Shown here: positions 28,124 through 35,838 of the stretch, in pieces
Position numbering within the stretch: the first letter of the stretch is position 1
How the letters are laid out: each line of letters starts with the position of its first letter
NCBI GenBank assembly: GCA_965227635.1
Contig: OZ245763.1
Span: 1,854,896-1,918,895, forward strand
Length of the DNA: 64,000 nt
Reading direction: 5' to 3'
From: an uncultured Pseudohongiella sp.
GTDB lineage: Bacteria; Pseudomonadota; Gammaproteobacteria; Pseudomonadales; Pseudohongiellaceae
The notes under the pieces: generated by a model
Database searches by the model: none
Told to the model about the DNA's origin: nothing
Seen by the model: the letters and a program-made list of their open reading frames with translations, nothing else
Made by a program: the position numbers and the translations under genes

Positions 28124-28455
28124 ATATATGCAAGACTAATTTGTTCTAATTCTGGCATTGCGTCGTTCGCTGATGAAAAGATCAACTTCAAACGCGATTA
28201 TGCTGCAGGTTACAGGCAGCAAATAAACAATCTTCAAGCGAAACTTTATAGATATACCAGTGACGATCCCGCGTTTGATGTTCCCAAGATGTTTAACTCG
28301 GGAAGCTTGGTAAAAGGCGTTACGCTTAAAACTTTCAAAGATATGGGTGTCGCTGTATACGTTAAGCAAAGAACACCACAAAGAGGGTTCACTATGAACG
28401 TGACCCAGTTACCCGAAGTGCTTTCCGTATTTTATACGATTAGTTTGCGAAGCTA
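28124..28455 (+). pseudogene. Start-less open frame directly upstream of the helicase gene (possible degraded or non-canonically initiated gene)
   Basis: A 110-codon open frame with protein-like composition (...FADEKINFKRDYAAGYRQQINNLQAKLYRYTSDDPAFDVPKMFNSGSLVKGVTLKTFKDMGVAVYVKQ...). There is no ATG/GTG/TTG before codon 56. It ends 13 nt before 28469. Confidence 0.3.
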
Positions 28456-28468
28456 ATCGGAAAACTAA

Positions 28469-31400
28469 ATGGACCTTTTTCGAAGGCTAATGATGCGCAT
28501 AACAATACCAAAGCATGAATACAGTAGGTCGTATGTTGGCGGGAACAAGTTATCTAGGCTAGCTAACCCTGAGCTAGAATTGGACGTAGAGATAAATGAA
28601 AGCCAGCGGAATGGTATATACGAAATACGAACAAGTTTGCCTCCCCCTTTAAATACAATATATCTCTTGAAGCCTAACTCGCGATCTGATGTGCCAGACA
28701 ATGCTTGCAGTTTAAAGTTTGTCATACCTTGCCCCATCAATGAAATCACGCCAGACACAAAACTGAAATGGCATACATATTCGGTTGAAAAGGCGCTACT
28801 TGATCCTAGAGAAATCACTGAATCATGGAAAGACAAGTTTAGATTTGTAGAAGAAAATCTTGAGGAACGAAAGGTAGGGCTAAGGCTGCCACAGATCGGC
28901 GCTCTGCATGCAATTTCTGCATATTTTTCATTAACAAGAAACACTGAGCCAGCGACAATTGTGCTTCCAACAGGAACGGGAAAGACTGAAACAATGCTTT
29001 CAACCGCGGTTTCTGGGCAATGTCAGAAAATACTGGTGCTTGTACCGTCAGATGCGCTAAGAGCTCAAATATCTGAAAAATTCTTGAACCTGGGGTATTT
29101 AAGAGAGTTAGGGGTTATTAGTTTTGATACAGTGAATCCTCACGTTGCGGTTCTTAAGAAAGGTCTTAAGTCTGATGAAGAAGCGTCGGATATAGTCGAG
29201 GGGTCAAATATAATAGTAGCTACAGCTTCCATACTCGCTGCTAGTCAACAGTCCTCTGTCAAACTGATTTGCGAAGCTGCATCACACCTCTTTGTAGATG
29301 AAGCGCATCACATTTCCGCTAATACTTGGTCGTCAATTCGTGAGCTGTTTGAAGGGAAGAAAATATTACAATTTACAGCTACACCATTTCGGAATGACAC
29401 CAAATCACTTGGCGGGAAAATTATCTACAACTACTCAATGGGAGAGGCTCAGGAGGCTGGGTACTTCAAACATATTAATTTGCTTCCAGTAGAAGAATAC
29501 TACGAAAATGAGAAAAACAGAACCATAGCAACTAAGGCAATTGCACAATTAAGAGAAGACCTAAACAATGGATTGGATCATATTGTCCTTGCGCGAGTGA
29601 CTTCAAGAACAAGTGCAAATAACGTAGTAGAGATATATGAACAAATCGCGCCTGAGCATAATCCAATATGCGTGCATTCTGGCAAATTAAAGTCAGAAAA
29701 CTCCGAGAATTTAGAAAGGCTACTATCAAGAGAATCACGAGTTATTGTTTGTGTGGATATGCTTGGTGAAGGTTATGACTTACCGAATCTAAAAATTGCA
29801 GCGATACATGACCATCACAAAAGCCTAGCTGTAACTTTACAATTTATAGGGAGGTTTACCCGCACAGCTGAAAACATTGGGAACGCATCTGTAGTTGTAA
29901 ACATAGCTGAACCTGAGGTGGAGAAAGATTTAGAAAAGCTTTATTCGCAAGGAGCAGACTGGGATGTGGTATTAAGGCGTCTTGCAGAAGACCGCATATC
30001 TCGAGAAGTAAAATTGCAGGAGGTGGTAGACAATCTAAAAGGTAAAGGCAATTTGCATACAGAATTGTCGCTTTGGAATTTAAAGCCGGGGTACTCGGCA
30101 ATGCTATTTCGAGCAACTTGCGAGGAATGGAATCCAGAGAATTTCAAAAATTCACTACCGCGTTGTGAGGAGTATTGGTACTCAATTGCAGATGACGAGA
30201 AGATTTTAGTCATTCTCACTTTACAGAATCTGAAGGTTAAGTGGGGCGACTACGAAGAGCTGAGTGACATAGTATACAAGCTGCTAATTGCCCATTGGGA
30301 TAGTGATAGAAATTCTCTCTACATTTACTCGAACGACTATAAAGCCTTTAGAACTGAACGTTTGGCGCTTGATCTCTGTGGTGAAGAGTGCGAGCTGATG
30401 AGCGGTAACCAAATCTTCAATGTCTTCAACGGCATGGAGTTCCCACTTATCAGAAACCTAGGAGCTTCAAAAGAAGGCGCAATTAGTTTTACTCAGTATT
30501 TTGGTCCAAATGTTACCGATGGTTTGTCGCAGATTGAAGCCTCGCAATCAAAGTTGAGCAATTGTGCAGGTATGGGGTATATCGAAGGGGACCGAGTAAT
30601 CTGGGGGTGCTCAGAAAAGAAAGGGAAAGTTTGGTCCGTCCAAAGTGGTGCCATATCAGATTGGATTGCTTGGGCAAATTCAGCGTGGGACAAAGTCATC
30701 GGTGGCGGGATAGATGAAGAAAATATCACTCGAAACTTTCTCAGGCCGACAAAAATTAATTCAGCCTACGGTGAACATCCAATTACGGTATTGTGGGGGG
30801 AGCATACTGCTTCAGCTCCCGAAGACAGCATTGTTATCCATTTTGGTGATGTTACCGTTCCAATGTATCTAGTTGATCTAGAATTGGTCGAACAACTAGA
30901 GTCTGGAGCATATAGAATTCGGTTCTTTACCGATGACATTGAAGCCACCTATGAATTTCTAATTTCAGATCAAGTGGCTCAAGGGTTCAGGTACACACTC
31001 ATTCAAGGGCCTGAAATATCCATACAGAAAGGGCGAGGAGACCTAAAACCGCTACCTGAATATATGGTCACTGATCCGCTGATTATCAATTATATAGATG
31101 GTTCATTTTCATACAATTGTTACTTGATTAGGGTAACTCAGGAAGTCGGGCGATATGATGCTAACAACATCGAAGTTATTGATTGGGATGGCATCGATAT
31201 TCGCAAAGAATCGATGGGGAAAAATATTGCCCAAGATAGTATTCAGTATAAGTCTTTTGATGAGCTACAGAGTGATTTTGATGTTGTTATAAATGACGAC
31301 AATGCTGGTGAAGCAGCAGATTTAGTTTGTGTTAAGGATTTAGGCGAAGAAATAAATTTGGCGCTTGTTCATTGTAAGTACTCCTCCCGAAATGAAGCGG

Positions 31401-31738
31401 GGGCTAGAGTCAAAGACCTGTATGAGGTGTGTGGACAATGCCAGAAAAGCGTGCGTTGGAAACATGTCGGTCTGCCGAGGTTATTTCAGCATATAAAACG
31501 TAGGGAGGCCACTTGGAGAAGTGAAGGTTACACTCGGTTTCTGAAAGGTCAGACTTCTGACCTTCTTGCATTGGCAAACAAGTCTAGAACAACGCCTTTA
31601 AATCTGCAGATCATCATTGTTCAGCCTGGATTGAGCTTGAACGTCTGTAGCCAAGATATGTTGAGATTATTGGGTAGTACATCACTGTATGTGGAGAAGA
31701 CAGCTAAAGCGAATTTTAGAGTCATTGGAAGCGATTAG
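28469..31738 (+). CDS. SF2 DEAH-box helicase with C-terminal Mrr-like restriction-endonuclease-type motif
   Basis: Motif I PTGTGKTE (aa 167-174), motif II DEAH (277-280), motif III TATP (303-306), motif VI QFIGRFTR (458-465). The C-terminal block GEAADLVCV-x12-LALVHCKYS (aa 947-972) follows the D...(Q/H)xK pattern. Confidence 0.85.
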   Translation: MDLFRRLMMRITIPKHEYSRSYVGGNKLSRLANPELELDVEINESQRNGIYEIRTSLPPPLNTIYLLKPNSRSDVPDNACSLKFVIPCPINEITPDTKLKWHTYSVEKALLDPREITESWKDKFRFVEENLEERKVGLRLPQIGALHAISAYFSLTRNTEPATIVLPTGTGKTETMLSTAVSGQCQKILVLVPSDALRAQISEKFLNLGYLRELGVISFDTVNPHVAVLKKGLKSDEEASDIVEGSNIIVATASILAASQQSSVKLICEAASHLFVDEAHHISANTWSSIRELFEGKKILQFTATPFRNDTKSLGGKIIYNYSMGEAQEAGYFKHINLLPVEEYYENEKNRTIATKAIAQLREDLNNGLDHIVLARVTSRTSANNVVEIYEQIAPEHNPICVHSGKLKSENSENLERLLSRESRVIVCVDMLGEGYDLPNLKIAAIHDHHKSLAVTLQFIGRFTRTAENIGNASVVVNIAEPEVEKDLEKLYSQGADWDVVLRRLAEDRISREVKLQEVVDNLKGKGNLHTELSLWNLKPGYSAMLFRATCEEWNPENFKNSLPRCEEYWYSIADDEKILVILTLQNLKVKWGDYEELSDIVYKLLIAHWDSDRNSLYIYSNDYKAFRTERLALDLCGEECELMSGNQIFNVFNGMEFPLIRNLGASKEGAISFTQYFGPNVTDGLSQIEASQSKLSNCAGMGYIEGDRVIWGCSEKKGKVWSVQSGAISDWIAWANSAWDKVIGGGIDEENITRNFLRPTKINSAYGEHPITVLWGEHTASAPEDSIVIHFGDVTVPMYLVDLELVEQLESGAYRIRFFTDDIEATYEFLISDQVAQGFRYTLIQGPEISIQKGRGDLKPLPEYMVTDPLIINYIDGSFSYNCYLIRVTQEVGRYDANNIEVIDWDGIDIRKESMGKNIAQDSIQYKSFDELQSDFDVVINDDNAGEAADLVCVKDLGEEINLALVHCKYSSRNEAGARVKDLYEVCGQCQKSVRWKHVGLPRLFQHIKRREATWRSEGYTRFLKGQTSDLLALANKSRTTPLNLQIIIVQPGLSLNVCSQDMLRLLGSTSLYVEKTAKANFRVIGSD

Positions 31739-31780
31739 CAGCTCTAATACATTTCTTGTGTTTGCGCTAAATTGAACACC

Positions 31781-33256
31781 ATGGAATCAGACATCCAGGA
31801 ACTAGCCTTACAAATTGACTCAGCGCTTGAGTCTGGCGCCACTGGTGAGCTGGATCGCCTAATTTGTGCGTGCGAAAATCAGCTTGAAAATGCAGAGGGA
31901 CTGACTAGGGTAATTCTTTGGTTCTATATTGCGAATTGCTATTCGGGTATCAATACTTCCCAAGATAACGTCGATTCTGTTTGGAGTTGGGAAAAGAACG
32001 AATTAATCTTTCAAGTTTTATCTCTTCGCAAAGCAGCTTCAGAGCCATCATTCGAATCATCGGATGTCATGATTCGTTGCAAGATATTAACCAATCTTGG
32101 AAATGTACTTAATCAAATAGGTAGGCCCATCGAAGCAATTAGGCTTTGGGATCAAGCATTGAGATACTATCCGATTTTTGCAATGGCTATTGGAAATAAA
32201 GGGAGAGGAGTCACAGAGTATGCCAACTATCTCTACGATCAAGGACATGCCGCGGTACTCGTTGCCGAAGCCAACAAGACGCTTAAGCAACTAACTAATA
32301 AAAGGTTGCTGTGGGACAGTGGGGAAGATACTAGCGCCAGAGCATATTTCATATCTGTTTTTGAGAACAACAACCGTAGCCTCGAAGAGGTGGGTTACGA
32401 TTATGAATTTGATTTAGACCGTTGGGCGCTAGGCAAAACAAAGGGGGAGCGAAAATACAGACAATGGTGCCTTGATCAGAATTTATTTCTTAATCCATTG
32501 AATGACATTATTACTAAAAGTGTGGCGGCGACTGATTCGCTGCACCTTCCAAGTCATACTTATGGGCTTGAAGAGCACCCTAGGTTTCCTGAGTACTATA
32601 ATCATTTAAAACAAGAATTTGTAACTGCAAGGTACTTGTACTATGAGGCAGGACAAGAGAAAAATCATTTTTCAAACCACGAAGTTTTTCTAGTGGATAG
32701 TTATAATGCCACTAGATTCGGATACCGCACCGAACAACTGAAGATGTCGTTCCGAATGGCTTACTCAATCTTTGACAAGGTCGCCCTATTTCTTAACGAC
32801 TATTTTTCCGTTGGTCTTAAAGCTAGTAGTGTTAATTTTAGAAACATATGGGGAAACAGGAGCAAAGATCAGTTTGTTCTGCACCCTTGCTTTGCTAGCA
32901 GTGTGAATTGGCCGCTAAGAGGATTGTATTTCCTCTCAAAAGAATTGTTTGACCCGAATTTCAATGATGTGGCTTCTCCAGATGCTAAAGAGCTGGCGAT
33001 CATAAGAAATCGAATTGAGCATAGGTTTCTATGCATTCAGCATTACTATTCCCAACATGATAGTGATATGGATTTTCAATACTATATTTCAATCGATGAT
33101 TTTGAAATTAAAACACTTCGAATCCTAAGGTTAGCTCGTGAAGCCTTAATTTATCTTTCACTTGCAATGCATCGTGAAGAAAAAATACGCGAATTTGAAA
33201 ACCCGGATTCGGTCAAACTACCTATCTACTCATTTCCCGTAGAAGAAAGGAACTAA
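31781..33256 (+). CDS. TPR-like plus C-terminal HEPN-domain protein (LA2681-like HEPN)
   Basis: TPR-like segment ILTNLGNVLNQIGRPIEAIRLWDQALRYYPIFAMAIGNKG. Rx4H HEPN motif RNRIEH at nt 33005-33022. The track start at 31772 is TTG, and I prefer the ATG at 31781. Confidence 0.75.
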   Translation: MESDIQELALQIDSALESGATGELDRLICACENQLENAEGLTRVILWFYIANCYSGINTSQDNVDSVWSWEKNELIFQVLSLRKAASEPSFESSDVMIRCKILTNLGNVLNQIGRPIEAIRLWDQALRYYPIFAMAIGNKGRGVTEYANYLYDQGHAAVLVAEANKTLKQLTNKRLLWDSGEDTSARAYFISVFENNNRSLEEVGYDYEFDLDRWALGKTKGERKYRQWCLDQNLFLNPLNDIITKSVAATDSLHLPSHTYGLEEHPRFPEYYNHLKQEFVTARYLYYEAGQEKNHFSNHEVFLVDSYNATRFGYRTEQLKMSFRMAYSIFDKVALFLNDYFSVGLKASSVNFRNIWGNRSKDQFVLHPCFASSVNWPLRGLYFLSKELFDPNFNDVASPDAKELAIIRNRIEHRFLCIQHYYSQHDSDMDFQYYISIDDFEIKTLRILRLAREALIYLSLAMHREEKIREFENPDSVKLPIYSFPVEERN

Positions 33257-33293
33257 CAGCAAAGCCTTCCCCTTCTTATCTAAAATGCCCAAA

Positions 33294-33322
33294 GGGGACA
33301 CTAATAGTTTAATAGCTTAAGG
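33294..33322. repeat. Solo arm of the GGGGACACT element
   Basis: GGGGACACTAATAGTTTAATAGCTTAAGG, 38 nt after the HEPN gene stop. No clean partner arm. Confidence 0.6.
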
Positions 33323-33376
33323 AATGTTGAAGTGTATTCATTGGTTGCTGATCTGAAGGGTAGTTATCACTTAGAG

Positions 33377-33476
33377 GGATTCTAGCAACAGATACTCTCA
33401 GGAAATCGAGCCGTCTACGCATCGGGTTCAGCGCTAATAAGTCTCAGGAAGTTGGTGCCCAGATTCGGAAGAATCC
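33377..33476. repeat. ~100-bp direct repeat, copy 1 (diverged)
   Basis: GGATTCTAGCAACAGATACTCTCAGGAAATCGAGCCGTCTACGC...GTTGGTGCCCAG aligns with 33626-33725 along its whole length with scattered mismatches. Confidence 0.75.
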
Positions 33477-33601
33477 ATACACCCTTAAGGCTGTTTCTCC
33501 CCTGCAGGCTTCGCGCTGGCGCGCTCGTAGCAAACTGCTTGCGCAGTTTGTCGAACCACATCGCTGGTTCTCATCCAACCCCCGAACCCCGCGCATAATA
33601 T

Positions 33602-33625
33602 AGCCTCGCAAAGCGAGGCTTTATT
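33602..33625 (+). terminator. Rho-independent terminator-like hairpin
   Basis: AGCCTCGC-AAA-GCGAGGCT followed by TTATT. Confidence 0.55.
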
Positions 33626-33725
33626 GGAATCTAGCAACAGATACTCTGAGCCAATCGAGCCGCCTACGCGTCAGGTTCAGTGCTATTAAGTCTGTGGGGA
33701 GTTGGTGCCAGGGGCGGAATCGAAT
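33626..33725. repeat. ~100-bp direct repeat, copy 2, ending in a tRNA 3'-end-like sequence on the minus strand
   Basis: The reverse complement of 33702-33725 is GATTCGATTCCGCCCCTGGCACCA (T-loop, acceptor and CCA-like). No 5' tRNA half follows. Confidence 0.7.
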
Positions 33726-33778
33726 CTATCGGGGAATCGCAGAAAATGTCAGGTTTTGTTAGGTTTTTGCAATCCATG

Positions 33779-33814
33779 TACCAACAAAAATACCAACAAA
33801 AATACCAACTAAAA
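33779..33814. repeat. Three tandem 12-mers TACCAAC(A/T)AAAA
   Basis: TACCAACAAAAA TACCAACAAAAA TACCAACTAAAA. The palindrome CTGTAGTGCTACAG (33815-33828) follows immediately. Confidence 0.8.
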
Positions 33815-34346
33815 CTGTAGTGCTACAGATGATTGGCAAAATATCATCGTATCAGTTTGCTTATATTTTCTTGCTTATCATCAGACGATTAGCGCAACCC
33901 TCCGCTCTCAAATACCTAAAGAGCGATGTATCTATAGTCTCATCTCGTCTCCGGAACACAGGAGGATGAATAGTGAATTTTCAATAAATGGTAAGGATTG
34001 GTAGGGTATCTGCCCATTTATGTAGCCACCCTTAGGATCGTAATTGTAGGCAACAGATCTGGCGGAATTGTAATTTCATTTCTACCTGGACGCCGAATTG
34101 CGAAGGAATATAACATCCCAGGTTGTCCCAAAAGAGACATTAGGGTTTTCTTGAGCAACTATTCGGAGGTAAGTTCCAGTGAATTCGGCGTAATCTCATC
34201 GACTAAGCAACGCACCAAGCCAGGTGGGCGCATGGAGGTTGATGGAATTATTGCGATGGTTGATTTGACGGGATTTCAGGTGGGCATATGTGCAAGAAAC
34301 TGACTATTGGGTTGCAAAATTATTTTACAGCCATGGTGATTAATAG

Positions 34347-34685
34347 ATGATGGATCAAGTTGTCCCAATTCTTCATGTAAAAGAAGCTAAAAAAACGGCG
34401 GAGTGGTACACACGCCTTGGGTTTGAAGTCGAAGGAGAGCATCGCTTTGCGCCAAATCTACCTCTGTACATGTTCTTACGAAGACAAGACAGTGCTTTGC
34501 ATTTGTCTGAACATGGCGGAGATGCCAGGCCAGACACTCTATTATATTTCTATGTCAGAAACATAGAAGATGTGGCGAATGAGTTTGGGGTAAAAATTAT
34601 TGAACAGCCTTGGGCGAAAGAGATTCACCTCACAGACCCAGATGGTAATCGATGGCGAATTGGAGAAAGGCGAGAATCAGTTTGA
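34347..34685 (+). CDS. Glyoxalase/bleomycin-resistance (VOC) family protein
   Basis: 112 aa. VPILHVKEAKKTAEWYTRLGFEVEGEH...HLTDPDGNRWRIGE is typical of the bleomycin-resistance-like VOC fold. Confidence 0.75.
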   Translation: MMDQVVPILHVKEAKKTAEWYTRLGFEVEGEHRFAPNLPLYMFLRRQDSALHLSEHGGDARPDTLLYFYVRNIEDVANEFGVKIIEQPWAKEIHLTDPDGNRWRIGERRESV

Positions 34686-34699
34686 TAACTGAACTTGGC

Positions 34700-35659
34700 T
34701 CATAGGTTATTCTCGCTGTCCATTAGAACGAATCTGCTTATTTCATTCAATGCTTCCGATCTAAAGATGCTATTGCCTTGTGAAGGAGGATCTTCAAGCG
34801 CATGCCCTGAGTCTTCATAGACAATCACGCGTATATTAGGATTTTCTAGTGCCTCCAATCGTCTTTCACTTTCTCTGGACGGCACATTAGTATCATCCTC
34901 ACCATAAAGAACGAGTGATCTTGCCTTTATTTGCGACCAATAAAAATTTGGATCAAAGTCACTCACCTTGCTCCAGAACTCTGGCTCACGCATGTATCGG
35001 ATTTGCGCAGTAGAGAGCAATGCGACTACGTATGAAATACCTGGAGGAATTCCCATCTGCTGCAAATTATAGTTCTCTTCAAACTGCAGTTGCTCTTTAG
35101 GTAGCACTGCTGATCCTACGACATTGACAATAAAATCCAGATTTCCATCCATTGTTGCTACTAGTGATGAGTATTTACCTCCCTCGCTCATGCCCACTAT
35201 ACCGATTTGACTTAAAGGCAATTCTGATTCACTTCTCAGGAAGTTGAGCGCGGCTAAGGTATCGGTAGCTAGATCTTCATAGTCTGCGCTTCGCCAATCA
35301 CCACCGGACTTTTCTGAACCGCGCTTGTCTGGCAGCAATACTGCAATCCCGCTGTCCTGCAAATGCTTGGTTAGTGTCAAATACCAGCCATTGGCCCGCA
35401 TACTGGGACCAGAGCCGTGAATAACAACGACACCAGGAAAAGGGCCTTCGCCCTCGGGAAGAAACAACATGCCCGCCAGATCGATAGACTGGGCATCGTT
35501 GTGGAAAAATACCTCTTCGTAATTGGTATCGTTAAGCCTGACGCCAGTAAATTGTCTCGCATTCATGGAATTGAACACGACTATTCCAATCTGGACGACA
35601 AAGGCCAGAGCTATCACTCCCAAGACGATCTGCTTTAATTTTGGCTTAATTAGGGTCAC
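34700..35659 (-). CDS. Alpha/beta hydrolase with N-terminal membrane anchor
   Basis: HGSGP oxyanion region, nucleophile elbow GMSEGG, C-terminal His (SGHALED). GTG start. Confidence 0.75.
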   Translation of the reverse strand: MTLIKPKLKQIVLGVIALAFVVQIGIVVFNSMNARQFTGVRLNDTNYEEVFFHNDAQSIDLAGMLFLPEGEGPFPGVVVIHGSGPSMRANGWYLTLTKHLQDSGIAVLLPDKRGSEKSGGDWRSADYEDLATDTLAALNFLRSESELPLSQIGIVGMSEGGKYSSLVATMDGNLDFIVNVVGSAVLPKEQLQFEENYNLQQMGIPPGISYVVALLSTAQIRYMREPEFWSKVSDFDPNFYWSQIKARSLVLYGEDDTNVPSRESERRLEALENPNIRVIVYEDSGHALEDPPSQGNSIFRSEALNEISRFVLMDSENNL

Positions 35660-35687
35660 CGCGAGACTCTATGATGATGACCACTCA

Positions 35688-35718
35688 AGTCTATAAGATG
35701 GAGTTACTACAGGATCAA
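35688..35718 (-). promoter_or_regulatory. MerR-type promoter (19-bp spacer) facing the hydrolase gene
   Basis: The reverse strand reads TTGATC-CTGTAGTAACTCCATCTTA-TAGACT. It has the same -35 and CTGTAGT half-site as the merT promoter. Confidence 0.5.
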
Positions 35719-35769
35719 CCCGTTTAAGCAATTCTATGTCTGCATTCAGCACATTAAGGAAGATAGGGC

Positions 35770-35800
35770 TTGTACCTGTAGTAGGTTCAGGTCCTATACT
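35770..35800 (+). promoter_or_regulatory. MerR-type promoter (19-bp spacer) for the HMA-thioredoxin gene
   Basis: TTGTAC-CTGTAGTAGGTTCAGGTCC-TATACT, with an imperfect dyad ACCTG...CAGGT. It lies 39 nt upstream of the ATG at 35839. Confidence 0.55.
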
Positions 35801-35838
35801 TTGTTCTCTAAATTGACCTTAATATGGATTGAGCACTA

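Noticed and set aside
28136-28381. The 81-aa minus-strand ORF from the track.
   Set aside because: It has an unconvincing, low-complexity basic/hydrophobic composition in an AT-rich region. It overlaps a more protein-like plus-strand frame (28124-28455). No motif or RBS was noted.
12932-33322. The GGGGACACT inverted-repeat elements could be integron attC sites delimiting gene cassettes.
   Set aside because: The arms do not fit the RYYYAAC / GTTRRRY core sites. The bracketed genes are large and in mixed orientations. No intI or attI is present in the window.
33702-33725. A tRNA gene on the minus strand.
   Set aside because: Only a T-loop/acceptor/CCA-like 3' fragment is present, and it is one nt short of canonical spacing. 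The upstream sequence cannot form the T-stem, anticodon arm, D-arm or the 5' acceptor strand.
33998-34303. The 101-aa plus-strand ORF. I also checked the opposite strand for an integrase remnant.
   Set aside because: I recognised no motif on either strand. The reverse-strand frames are broken by stops within ~40 codons. I treat the region as non-coding AT-rich spacer.
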